A DNA stretch of 64,000 nucleotides from Myxococcota bacterium (GTDB lineage Bacteria; Myxococcota_A; UBA796; UBA2385), in the NCBI GenBank assembly GCA_044344255.1, contig JBIJDH010000002.1, positions 256,001 through 320,000 on the forward strand, read 5' to 3'. This document shows positions 54,458 through 62,225 of the stretch, one piece after another. The notes under the pieces were generated by a model, which saw only the letters and a list, made by a program, of their open reading frames with translations, did no database searches and was not told the origin of the DNA. The position numbers were made by a program, and so were the translations under genes. The number at the start of each line of letters is the position of its first letter. Within the stretch, counting starts at the first letter, position 1.

Positions 54458-54688
54458 TCAGCTCGCGGCTCGCCGGTCAGCGAAGGCAGCGTCGAGGTTC
54501 GCGGCGGCGGCTTCGGCAGCAGCGGGATCCATGCCCTTGAGCTGCCCCATGATCTCGGGGCTCACCTCGTAGCCCTCGGCGGCGATCGTCGCCTCGGGGT
54601 CCGTCAAGAGGCGGCGTCGGAAGTCGGGATCGATCACCGCGCGACCGATCAGCGAATCAGTACCCTTCTCAGAGGAATTCTTACCCAT
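54458..54688 (-). CDS. NHLP-clan small protein (Os1348/Franean1_4349-like), putative RiPP precursor
   Basis: LIGRAVIDPDFRRRLLTDPEATIAAEGY matches the nitrile-hydratase-like leader pattern. Confidence 0.8.
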   Translation of the reverse strand: MGKNSSEKGTDSLIGRAVIDPDFRRRLLTDPEATIAAEGYEVSPEIMGQLKGMDPAAAEAAAANLDAAFADRRAAS

Positions 54689-55001
54689 GTCTCAAGTCCA
54701 TTGGTGTTTTGGGTTTGGGTTGGCTGCTGTCGGGAGCTGGGAGCGGGGCGCGATCCGTGCAGGGTGATGAGCCGGATCCCTCAAAGGGTGCCGGGCGGCT
54801 TGCAAGGGACCACGATTCTGGTAAGGTCGCGCAATTAGGCGGCTTATCGAGACAGACCGGCTCGGGTGCCTCGGCCAAGCGACTGCGATTTGTGGGTCAC
54901 CCGAGGGGGGGGGCGGTTGACCGCCGCCCACGGTTGAGGAGGGTCACTTTTCCTGCTAACGTGAAGTTTTAGCAACGCCCAATGCAAGGTTCGAGGATCT
55001 C

Positions 55002-56234
55002 GTGCAACCCAATGAGCGCCCCGCGCGCGCCGGGCTCCAGCTGTTGATCCGCAAGTCGGACGACGCGGGGGCGGGCTACGAGATCCGAACCGTACACAGT
55101 AGTCAGGCGTTTCTGCGAATGCGCCCAGTAAGGGCAGCGATCCGTGCGGTAGAAGAGAACGTCGTCGACGAGGCGGCGGGGAAGGTGCACGTCCTCCGGC
55201 TGGAGGGTGCAGGCTTGGTCACGGCGCAATACTTGAGGTTGAACGAGCGGGAGCGCTTTATCTGGCAGCACGTGGATGGTGACCACACCATCCAGGACAT
55301 CGCCGCTGCGCTCTTCTTTCGGTTTGGTTCACTGGACGTGCGGGACATACGTAGCTTCCTCCATCGTGCCCGACAGGCTGGGCTGATCGCGATGCAGGCG
55401 GAGACCCCTCTTCGGCAGCGTGCGGTGGCTCGGGGGGGAGCGTTGGGCCGGCTCTTGGACCGCCTCCCTCGGCTGGAGCGGCGCTGGCGCGATGTGGACG
55501 CCGGTTTCGCCCGCGCTCACGTCCTCTTCGGGTGGCTGCTGTCTCGACCCGCGAACGTGCTCTTGGCGGTGCTCGCCGGTGCGGGAGCGGCCGTCTATGC
55601 CCGTTATCGATTCTCTGGACAGCTGGGTGAGGCGGCCTGGCCATTCTTTGTCGATATCGCCCTTTGGATTGTGATCCTCCTGACCTCCATGGCCCTCCAC
55701 GAGCTGGCCCACGGTCTGCTCACCAAAGCACATGGACGGAAGGTGAAGGCCGTTGGTATGGAGCTCCTTGACTCGATCGTTCCGAGTTTCTACGTAGACA
55801 TCACCGACATGTGGATGTCCACTCAGCTTGGACGAATCGAGGTCACGCTCGCGGGTCCCTGTACCAACCTCCTCCTCGGTGGGCTGGCGGCCCTGACCGC
55901 GGGCGCCGCCCAGGCCTTGGGGGCCCCGGCCGCGCTCGGTGAGGTGCTCTCGCTGTGTGCGGACGCAAATTATGCACTTGCTATCTACACACTTTGGCCG
56001 TTCTTCGGTCTTCGAGAAGACGGCTACGAGCTGCTGACCGACGTCCTCCGCGTGCCGGCGCTGCGGCCGCGGGCGGTGCACGTCCTCCGTGAGTGGGCCG
56101 ATCGCAGCCTCCCGCGTGAGCCTGACCTCCATCTTCGAGGGGCGGCGGTGATCTACCTCGCGGGGGTGCTGGCCACCTGGATCGGGCTCCTGGTGGCGTT
56201 CCTCACCGTCGTCTCTCGGTTCGTCGGGGGCTGA
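55002..56234 (+). CDS. PqqD/RRE-domain-fused M50 (site-2) metallopeptidase
   Basis: YLRLNERERFIWQHVDGDHTIQDI...RSFLHRARQAGLI (RRE-like); HELAH, LAGPCTN, EDGY; several TMs. Confidence 0.8.
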   Translation: MQPNERPARAGLQLLIRKSDDAGAGYEIRTVHSSQAFLRMRPVRAAIRAVEENVVDEAAGKVHVLRLEGAGLVTAQYLRLNERERFIWQHVDGDHTIQDIAAALFFRFGSLDVRDIRSFLHRARQAGLIAMQAETPLRQRAVARGGALGRLLDRLPRLERRWRDVDAGFARAHVLFGWLLSRPANVLLAVLAGAGAAVYARYRFSGQLGEAAWPFFVDIALWIVILLTSMALHELAHGLLTKAHGRKVKAVGMELLDSIVPSFYVDITDMWMSTQLGRIEVTLAGPCTNLLLGGLAALTAGAAQALGAPAALGEVLSLCADANYALAIYTLWPFFGLREDGYELLTDVLRVPALRPRAVHVLREWADRSLPREPDLHLRGAAVIYLAGVLATWIGLLVAFLTVVSRFVGG

Positions 56235-59200
56235 GGTCACCCTCGGAGGCCGGCGATCTTGCTTGGAGCGGGAGGTTGTCGGTGGTGTCCTCCTCTTCGG
56301 CCGCATGGGTGCGGGCGGCGGATGGGACCTCGGGGGTCCAACGACCGCGCAGGCGCGCGTGCCCCCAAGCGTCGCCGTCCTGGTCGGCCTCTTTGCAGCG
56401 CCGCTCGAGGTCGGGGATTGGGCGGTTCGACTTCAGGGCCAGACCGTACAAGAGCCGCTGAAGGTGGACCAGGTTGTATCGGTGCGCCACGACGAGCTCT
56501 GCGCTGATGTCGCCCGGGAGGGCCACTTCGAGGCGGAGGCGAGCTTCGGCGAGCCGGATGCGGAGGAGCAAGGCGTCGTGCGGATCCTCGAGGTCGGCAG
56601 TGTCGAGGCTGCCGATCACGGCCGCCGCGCCCTCCCGATCTCCGATCAAGGTGAGCGCAAGCCCGATCTCTCCGTGGAGCATCGGCGAGGCCACGGGATC
56701 GAGCCACTCTGCGGGCACTGACCCGCGGCGATCGAGCCAGACCGAGAGGGCCTCCCGATCCCCGTAGGTCGCGGCGGAGAAGAGCCCCGCCCGCAACACC
56801 TGCACTGCGACCGCCCGGCCCGGGCGCCGGCGAAGCAGGGCCCAGGCGGCCTGGAGCGAGGCACGGGACCCCTCCGGGTGGCCCACGATCGCCTGAACCA
56901 CGCTCAGATCGGCGAGGACGCCGCAATGGAGCTCGGGGTCGTCCAGGCGATCGGACAGGGCCGCGGCGGCCTCAAGGCGACTCAGCGCCAGCCGGATCTG
57001 CCCTTGACGGAGGTGGATGAGGCCCATCAAGTGCTGAGCGCCCACCTTGCCGCGGCTGTCCCGCTTCCCCGCGCTATGGGTGAGCAGGTCGCGGATCGGG
57101 CGCTCGGCCTCGGCCCACCGACAGAGCGCGACGGTGATCGTCGCCTCCATCCACGCGAGGTCAAACCTTCGCGGGGTCGGCGCGGCGGCTGAGGTGGTGA
57201 AGCGCTGCGCCTCCCTGAGGTCGCGGTCGGCGTCGTTCCATCGGCCGAGGCCGGCCTGTGCGCGGGCCAGGAGTACGGCCCATCGCAGGGCCCCCTCCGC
57301 CCGGCCCTCGAGCTCGTCGGCGGTGATGGCGTCTGTGAAGCCGGCGCGCGCTTCGTCGGCGCAGGCCGCGTAGCGGCCCTGGCGCAGGGCGCAGCGAGCG
57401 GACTCCATGCGCGCGCTGTGGCGCTCGGCGAGCGTGGCGGCCACCTCAGCGGCGCGGGCGGCGTGCGCGAGACAATCGGCGTCGCGACCGAGCTGAAAGG
57501 CAATTCGGGCCCGGGTGATCTCGATTCGATGGCGCAATGGGCCCGAGCCGGGAGCGGCTCCGCTGGGTCGGGCCAGCCAGGCCGAGGCGTCCGCGGGGCC
57601 GTGCTCGAGCAGCGCTTGCTCCGCCTCGGTCACGGCGGTCTCCCACGCGACGTCCCCGCGGTGCTCTCGCGGCGCCGCCGGGGTCCTGGGCGCCTGCCGC
57701 TCGGCCCAGGCGCGGGCGAGGCGCACCAGCGCCGCCGGGTTGCCGGCGAGCTCTCCCGAGTGGGACCAAGCGAGCTCCGGTCCTGCGTCGTCGATCATCG
57801 AGCGGGCCATCTCGGCGAGCTGGCCGGGGGTGAGCGATCTCAGCGCGATCCGCTCAGCGGGCAATCGGATGCGATCGGGCTGGTGGCTGGCCAGCACGAG
57901 CATGGCGTTGCCGTGGAGCGCGGCGAGATCGGCGGGGTCGACGCGCTCCGCGTCGTCGATGGCGATGAGCAAGGGGCGCTGCGCGACCGCCCGCCGCACC
58001 ACCCGGCCCGTGGCTGCTTGGAGGCGGCTGATGGCCGAGCGCACCTGGTGAGTGGGCCCCTCTTCCTCGTCGTCGTCCTCGGGCTCTCCCTGGTTGAGCG
58101 AGGGGACGGCCTCGAACAAGAAGCCGCGATCGTCGCCGAGCAGGTGGCGACGGGTGGCGATGGGGATGAGGGGCCCCACGAGGGCCTCCAGCACCGCGGA
58201 GAGGATGTCGGGGCGGCCGGAGAGCAGGACCTGTCGGCCTCCGCGCAGCAACACCTCGCCCCGCAGCTCGGAGAGGGCGCGGCTCAGCCCGATCCCGGGC
58301 GGTCCGTGGACGATGACCGTGGCTCGCTCTGCGTTGAGGGTGCGATCTCGCAGCAGGCGGAGCGGCCCCCGATCGCCCACCCACCGCGAGGTCAGCGCCC
58401 GCGGGCGCCAGGGCAGGGGCTGGGCAGGCTCTCCGGCGGCGCGGCAGAGGACCCACGCGACCTCGCGGGCGGAGCGCGGTCGGTCCGCGGGCGCCTTCTC
58501 CAAGAGCCGCTCCACCAAGGCGACGACCTCTGGCGGTGCGCTGGGAGCGAGGTCGGCCAGCGGGGGCGGCGTGGCGGTGCAGACCGCCAAGACGAGGTGT
58601 GCGAGGTCCGGCCCTGCGAAGGGGGGCTGCCCCGTGAGCAGCTCGTAGATGACGACCCCGAGCGCGAAGAGGTCAGCGCGAGAGTCCACCTCCATCCCGG
58701 TGAGCTGCTCGGGGGCCATGTACCGTGGGGTGCCGGTGATGGGGCCGGAGATGGGGTCACCGGGGCGCAGGTCGATCCGGCGGGAGAAGCCGAAGTCGAT
58801 CAGGCACAGGCGACCGACCGCATCCACGAGGATGTTGTCGGGCTTGACGTCCTGGTGCACGAAGCCAGCCTCGTGCACGGCGGCGAGGCCGAGCGCGAGC
58901 TCACCAGAGAGGTGGAGGATGGCCTTGAGGCGGGCCCCTGCGGGCTGGTCTTCGAGCCATCGGGTGAGCGTGCGCCCCTCGACCAGCTCCATCGCGAGCC
59001 AGGCCCAGTCTCCCTCCTCGCCGCCGCCGAGCAGCGTCACGACCCGAGGATCTGAGACCGCGCTGAGGGCGGTGACCTCGCTCGTGAGGCGATGGAAGAA
59101 GCGCGACTGGCTGCGGTGAACCAGCTTCACGGCCGCGAGCACGCCGGCCCGCTCCGCGCGGACCACCTCGCCCGCCGCGCCCTGGCCGAGGCGCTCAAGC

Positions 59201-59265
59201 AGCGTGAAGCCCCCGATCTGGGTGAGCGGCAGGGCGTCGAGGCGGTGGTTCGTCGGCTCAGACAT
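56203..59265 (-). CDS. Ser/Thr kinase (non-RD) with degenerate STAND-like ATPase and TPR repeats
   Basis: GQGAAGEV, HQDVKPDN, DFG, GTPRYMAPE; GPPGIGLSR, LLIAIDD; start 59265 or 59289. Confidence 0.85.
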   Translation of the reverse strand: MSEPTNHRLDALPLTQIGGFTLLERLGQGAAGEVVRAERAGVLAAVKLVHRSQSRFFHRLTSEVTALSAVSDPRVVTLLGGGEEGDWAWLAMELVEGRTLTRWLEDQPAGARLKAILHLSGELALGLAAVHEAGFVHQDVKPDNILVDAVGRLCLIDFGFSRRIDLRPGDPISGPITGTPRYMAPEQLTGMEVDSRADLFALGVVIYELLTGQPPFAGPDLAHLVLAVCTATPPPLADLAPSAPPEVVALVERLLEKAPADRPRSAREVAWVLCRAAGEPAQPLPWRPRALTSRWVGDRGPLRLLRDRTLNAERATVIVHGPPGIGLSRALSELRGEVLLRGGRQVLLSGRPDILSAVLEALVGPLIPIATRRHLLGDDRGFLFEAVPSLNQGEPEDDDEEEGPTHQVRSAISRLQAATGRVVRRAVAQRPLLIAIDDAERVDPADLAALHGNAMLVLASHQPDRIRLPAERIALRSLTPGQLAEMARSMIDDAGPELAWSHSGELAGNPAALVRLARAWAERQAPRTPAAPREHRGDVAWETAVTEAEQALLEHGPADASAWLARPSGAAPGSGPLRHRIEITRARIAFQLGRDADCLAHAARAAEVAATLAERHSARMESARCALRQGRYAACADEARAGFTDAITADELEGRAEGALRWAVLLARAQAGLGRWNDADRDLREAQRFTTSAAAPTPRRFDLAWMEATITVALCRWAEAERPIRDLLTHSAGKRDSRGKVGAQHLMGLIHLRQGQIRLALSRLEAAAALSDRLDDPELHCGVLADLSVVQAIVGHPEGSRASLQAAWALLRRRPGRAVAVQVLRAGLFSAATYGDREALSVWLDRRGSVPAEWLDPVASPMLHGEIGLALTLIGDREGAAAVIGSLDTADLEDPHDALLLRIRLAEARLRLEVALPGDISAELVVAHRYNLVHLQRLLYGLALKSNRPIPDLERRCKEADQDGDAWGHARLRGRWTPEVPSAARTHAAEEEDTTDNLPLQARSPASEGDLSPRRTERRR

Positions 59266-59317
59266 CCACGACCAGATAACGGGGAGCATGACCGGCGCCC
59301 TCTCTTCGCGACTACAC

Positions 59318-60181
59318 ATGCTCTCACCGCTCCGGTCGGTCAGGGCTTCGCGGGTGAAGCCCGGTGGGGGCTGTGCAGCCCTCTGGCCGCTCCTGCTCGC
59401 CACGGCCTGCTCCGCGCCGCCGGTTGCCCGTGATCGGGACCGCTACCTCGCCGTCCTCGCTGATCCTGAGCTTGAGCCGAGCGTAGGCCTCGGCGCTTGC
59501 GCGGAGATCTCGGATGATGACCTGCGCGGCGACTGCGGGCTGGCCGTGGTCAGCGCCGAGGCGCGTCGGAGGGGAGGAGCGCCCGAGCGCTGGTGTGGAG
59601 AGGTGGAGGCCGGACCGTGGCGGGACGAGTGCTACTTCGTCGCCGCCGAGGCGCATCGTAAGCGGGGGCGCGAGCAGAGCGCGGCCTGGCTCTGCGGGCA
59701 AGCGGGTCGCTTTGTGGACGACTGCGGGCAGCACCTCTGGCAGACCGCGGTGTACTCTCTCGTCCACAACAACGGCCCCGACGGGATCTCCGCCGCGCTC
59801 CCCCGCGCTCGACAGCTGTACGCACGATGGCTGCCCTTGCTCGGGGAGACCACCGACTTCAAGGTCCGCTTTTGGGAGCGCTACTATCAAAACGGCTTCG
59901 AGGGACTCGGGACGCTCGATCTGCGGTGGTGTGACCGGCTCGACCTCGAGGAAGACCGACGGCGCTGCGTCGCCGCGGCGGTGAAGCTCTACGACCGAGA
60001 GCTGGGCCCAGGGATTCAGCGGGGAAGAGTCAATCTGTGCGCCGAGCGCTTGACCTCCGGGGAGCTCCAGGACTGGGTCCACGCCGTCCCGGACCCCCGC
60101 TTCGACGCCGCCGTCGACCGTCGCCGCGTGGAGCTCTGCGGCGGCGACACGACCCCTCCTCCGCCGGCCCCGCCGCCTTGA
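59318..60181 (+). CDS. Cys-rich hypothetical lipoprotein
   Basis: LATAC lipobox; repeated C-x8/9-C helical pairs. Confidence 0.65.
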   Translation: MLSPLRSVRASRVKPGGGCAALWPLLLATACSAPPVARDRDRYLAVLADPELEPSVGLGACAEISDDDLRGDCGLAVVSAEARRRGGAPERWCGEVEAGPWRDECYFVAAEAHRKRGREQSAAWLCGQAGRFVDDCGQHLWQTAVYSLVHNNGPDGISAALPRARQLYARWLPLLGETTDFKVRFWERYYQNGFEGLGTLDLRWCDRLDLEEDRRRCVAAAVKLYDRELGPGIQRGRVNLCAERLTSGELQDWVHAVPDPRFDAAVDRRRVELCGGDTTPPPPAPPP

Positions 60182-60910
60182 TCAGCGGAGGTGGGCCCCG
60201 AGCTCGACGCCGGCCTGTACGAGCCACCACTCCTCGAGCGCCGTGGGGTCGAGCCCGCTCCGCTGGGTCGCCCAGCTGGCGCGGAGGAGCAGGTCCGCGA
60301 AGCTGCGATCGGTCACCCGGCGACGAAGCCCGGCCTCAAAGCTGAGGGTGGGGAGCGCCAGCGGCCCACCGTGGTAGGCGTCGAGGTCGAGGCGGCCGAA
60401 GCCGAGCCCGAAGTCGGGGCTGAAGGGGGCGGAGGGGTCACCGCGCAGCACGCCCAACACGCCGTAGTGGATGTAGTCGATGGCGATCTCTTCGGTGGCC
60501 TCCGCCTCGGCGCCAGAGGTGGGGTTGGTCGCCTCCCCGCTTGGCTCCAGCGCCACCTGTCCGGGCCAGACCGAGGTGGCCCCCCAGAGGCTGAGCCCGA
60601 GGCGGGGGCCGCTCGCTGCGCGGCTGACCGCGAAGGCGTCGTAGCGGAACATCAGCGCGCCGTGGACCCCGGACTCCGGCCAGGGGCCTGCGAGGGTGCC
60701 CGCGAGGTAGCCGAGGGCGAGGTCGGCCCCGAAGGGGGGCGGATCGTCGGGAGTGGGCGCCTGGTCGCGCCGATCCGGGGTGGAGGGCGGCGGCGCTGGG
60801 GGCGGCGGGAAGGTGATCGGCCCCTCGGCCCAGCCCTCCGAGGCGGCGCCGATCATGGCTCCGCAGAGGAGGGCGAGGCGCGAGGCGAGCGGGCCGAGGC
60901 GGGAGTTCAT
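60182..60910 (-). CDS. Hypothetical exported protein, outer-membrane beta-barrel-like
   Basis: Signal-like N-terminus, alternating amphipathic strands, VQAGVELGAHLR end. Confidence 0.55.
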   Translation of the reverse strand: MNSRLGPLASRLALLCGAMIGAASEGWAEGPITFPPPPAPPPSTPDRRDQAPTPDDPPPFGADLALGYLAGTLAGPWPESGVHGALMFRYDAFAVSRAASGPRLGLSLWGATSVWPGQVALEPSGEATNPTSGAEAEATEEIAIDYIHYGVLGVLRGDPSAPFSPDFGLGFGRLDLDAYHGGPLALPTLSFEAGLRRRVTDRSFADLLLRASWATQRSGLDPTALEEWWLVQAGVELGAHLR

Positions 60911-61911
60911 GAGGGCCCCGTGAGGGCCGACCAGGCCGAGAGGCCCGCCAGCCCGAGGTGATGGATGGCGGCGCGGGCGCTCTCCTCGTCGGGGAAGAGC
61001 GCGATCACGGAGCCGTCTCCGCCAGCGCCGGAGAACTTGGCCCCCAGAGAGCCCGACTCTCGGAGGGCGCGACAGGTCCGGATGAGCTCGGGGGCGCGGA
61101 GCTCCGGGACGACGGCGGCCATGTCTTCGTAGGCCTCTTGGGCGGTGTTCATCGCCACACCGAGGCGCTCGGGCTCCCCCTGCTCGAGGGCGCCGGCGGC
61201 AGCCTCGGCGAGGCTGGCGAAGAGGGCGAGGCCCTCCCGCACCGCGCGCACCGCCTCGGGGTGGAGGGGGGCGCGGAGGTCGTCCTCGTGGTGCCGATGC
61301 AGCGCGCTGAGGATGGCGCCAGTGTTCCTCGGCGCCTTGAAGGCCGCGAGCACAAAGTGGAAGTCGTGAGCGGGCCGGACGCGCCGGAGCGGCGCCGTGC
61401 CTTCGCGCCACTGCAAGAAGACCGGGGAGCCGGCGACGCAGGCGAGGGGGTCGAGGCGCCCGCACTCCACGCCGAGCAGGTCGTGCTCCAGGCGAAAGGC
61501 GAGCTCGGCCAGCTCCTCGGCGTCGAGCACGCAGCCCGCGTGTCGGGAGAGGGCGTCGAGCACGGCGAGGCTGAAGGCCGCGGACGAGGAGAAGCCTCGG
61601 CCAGGCGGCAGGGTGGAGTACACCCACAGCAAGGCGGGAGGGAGGACCAGCCCCCGCTGGTGGAGGAGCGCGGCGGCGGCGGGCACGAAGCGGAGCGCGC
61701 CGCCCGCGCGGTCGATCCGCCCGCGGATAGGCCAGCGGCCCTCTTGCAGCTCCCCGTCGAGCGCGGTGCGGACGCGCAGGTCTCGCTCCGCCTCCTCCAC
61801 GGTCACCTGGACGCTCAGGGGCAGGGGGATGGCGAGGCTGGCGCCGCCCGCCCAGTCACAATGCTCTCCGATCAAGCAGGCTCGACCTGGATATCGAACC
61901 GTCAGCGACAT
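60907..61911 (-). CDS. GHMP kinase, galactokinase-like
   Basis: PGRACLIGEHCD, LPPGRGFSSSAA, GAKFSGAGGDG. Confidence 0.85.
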   Translation of the reverse strand: MSLTVRYPGRACLIGEHCDWAGGASLAIPLPLSVQVTVEEAERDLRVRTALDGELQEGRWPIRGRIDRAGGALRFVPAAAALLHQRGLVLPPALLWVYSTLPPGRGFSSSAAFSLAVLDALSRHAGCVLDAEELAELAFRLEHDLLGVECGRLDPLACVAGSPVFLQWREGTAPLRRVRPAHDFHFVLAAFKAPRNTGAILSALHRHHEDDLRAPLHPEAVRAVREGLALFASLAEAAAGALEQGEPERLGVAMNTAQEAYEDMAAVVPELRAPELIRTCRALRESGSLGAKFSGAGGDGSVIALFPDEESARAAIHHLGLAGLSAWSALTGPS

Positions 61912-61950
61912 CTGTGGGTCCGCATGGCAGGGATCAAGCGCTCCGGGGCC

Positions 61951-62196
61951 CTAATAGCACTCTCGCGCGCCGTACTCGTGCCGCAGCTCGCGACACTCCC
62001 GGAGCTCGGCGCGGCTGGGATCATCGAGCTCCTTTACGCACTGCTCGACGTTGGCCCAACCCTCTTCGGCGAACTCGGTCTCCCAGGTGGTGCCACACTC
62101 CTTCACCCAGCGGTCGAGCGACTGGCACATGTCGACACAAGGGCGCTCACAGCCGGAGGTGCCGAGGGCCGCGAGGAGGGAGAGGGTAGGTCGCAT
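61951..62196 (-). CDS. Small Cys-rich lipoprotein
   Basis: TSGC lipobox plus six further Cys; TAGACT 6 nt before ATG. Confidence 0.7.
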   Translation of the reverse strand: MRPTLSLLAALGTSGCERPCVDMCQSLDRWVKECGTTWETEFAEEGWANVEQCVKELDDPSRAELRECRELRHEYGARECY

Positions 62197-62225
62197 CTCG
62201 GCAGTCTACCCCGGTTGGTGCCAGC

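Noticed and set aside
54780..54810. Sigma-54 promoter for the peptide gene
   Set aside because: GGCAC and TTGC elements are present but not at GG-N10-GC spacing on either strand
60907..61911. GHMP kinase as a mevalonate kinase feeding the terpene-like cluster
   Set aside because: N-terminal PGRxxLIGEHxD is galactokinase-like, and the gene is separated from the cluster by unrelated genes
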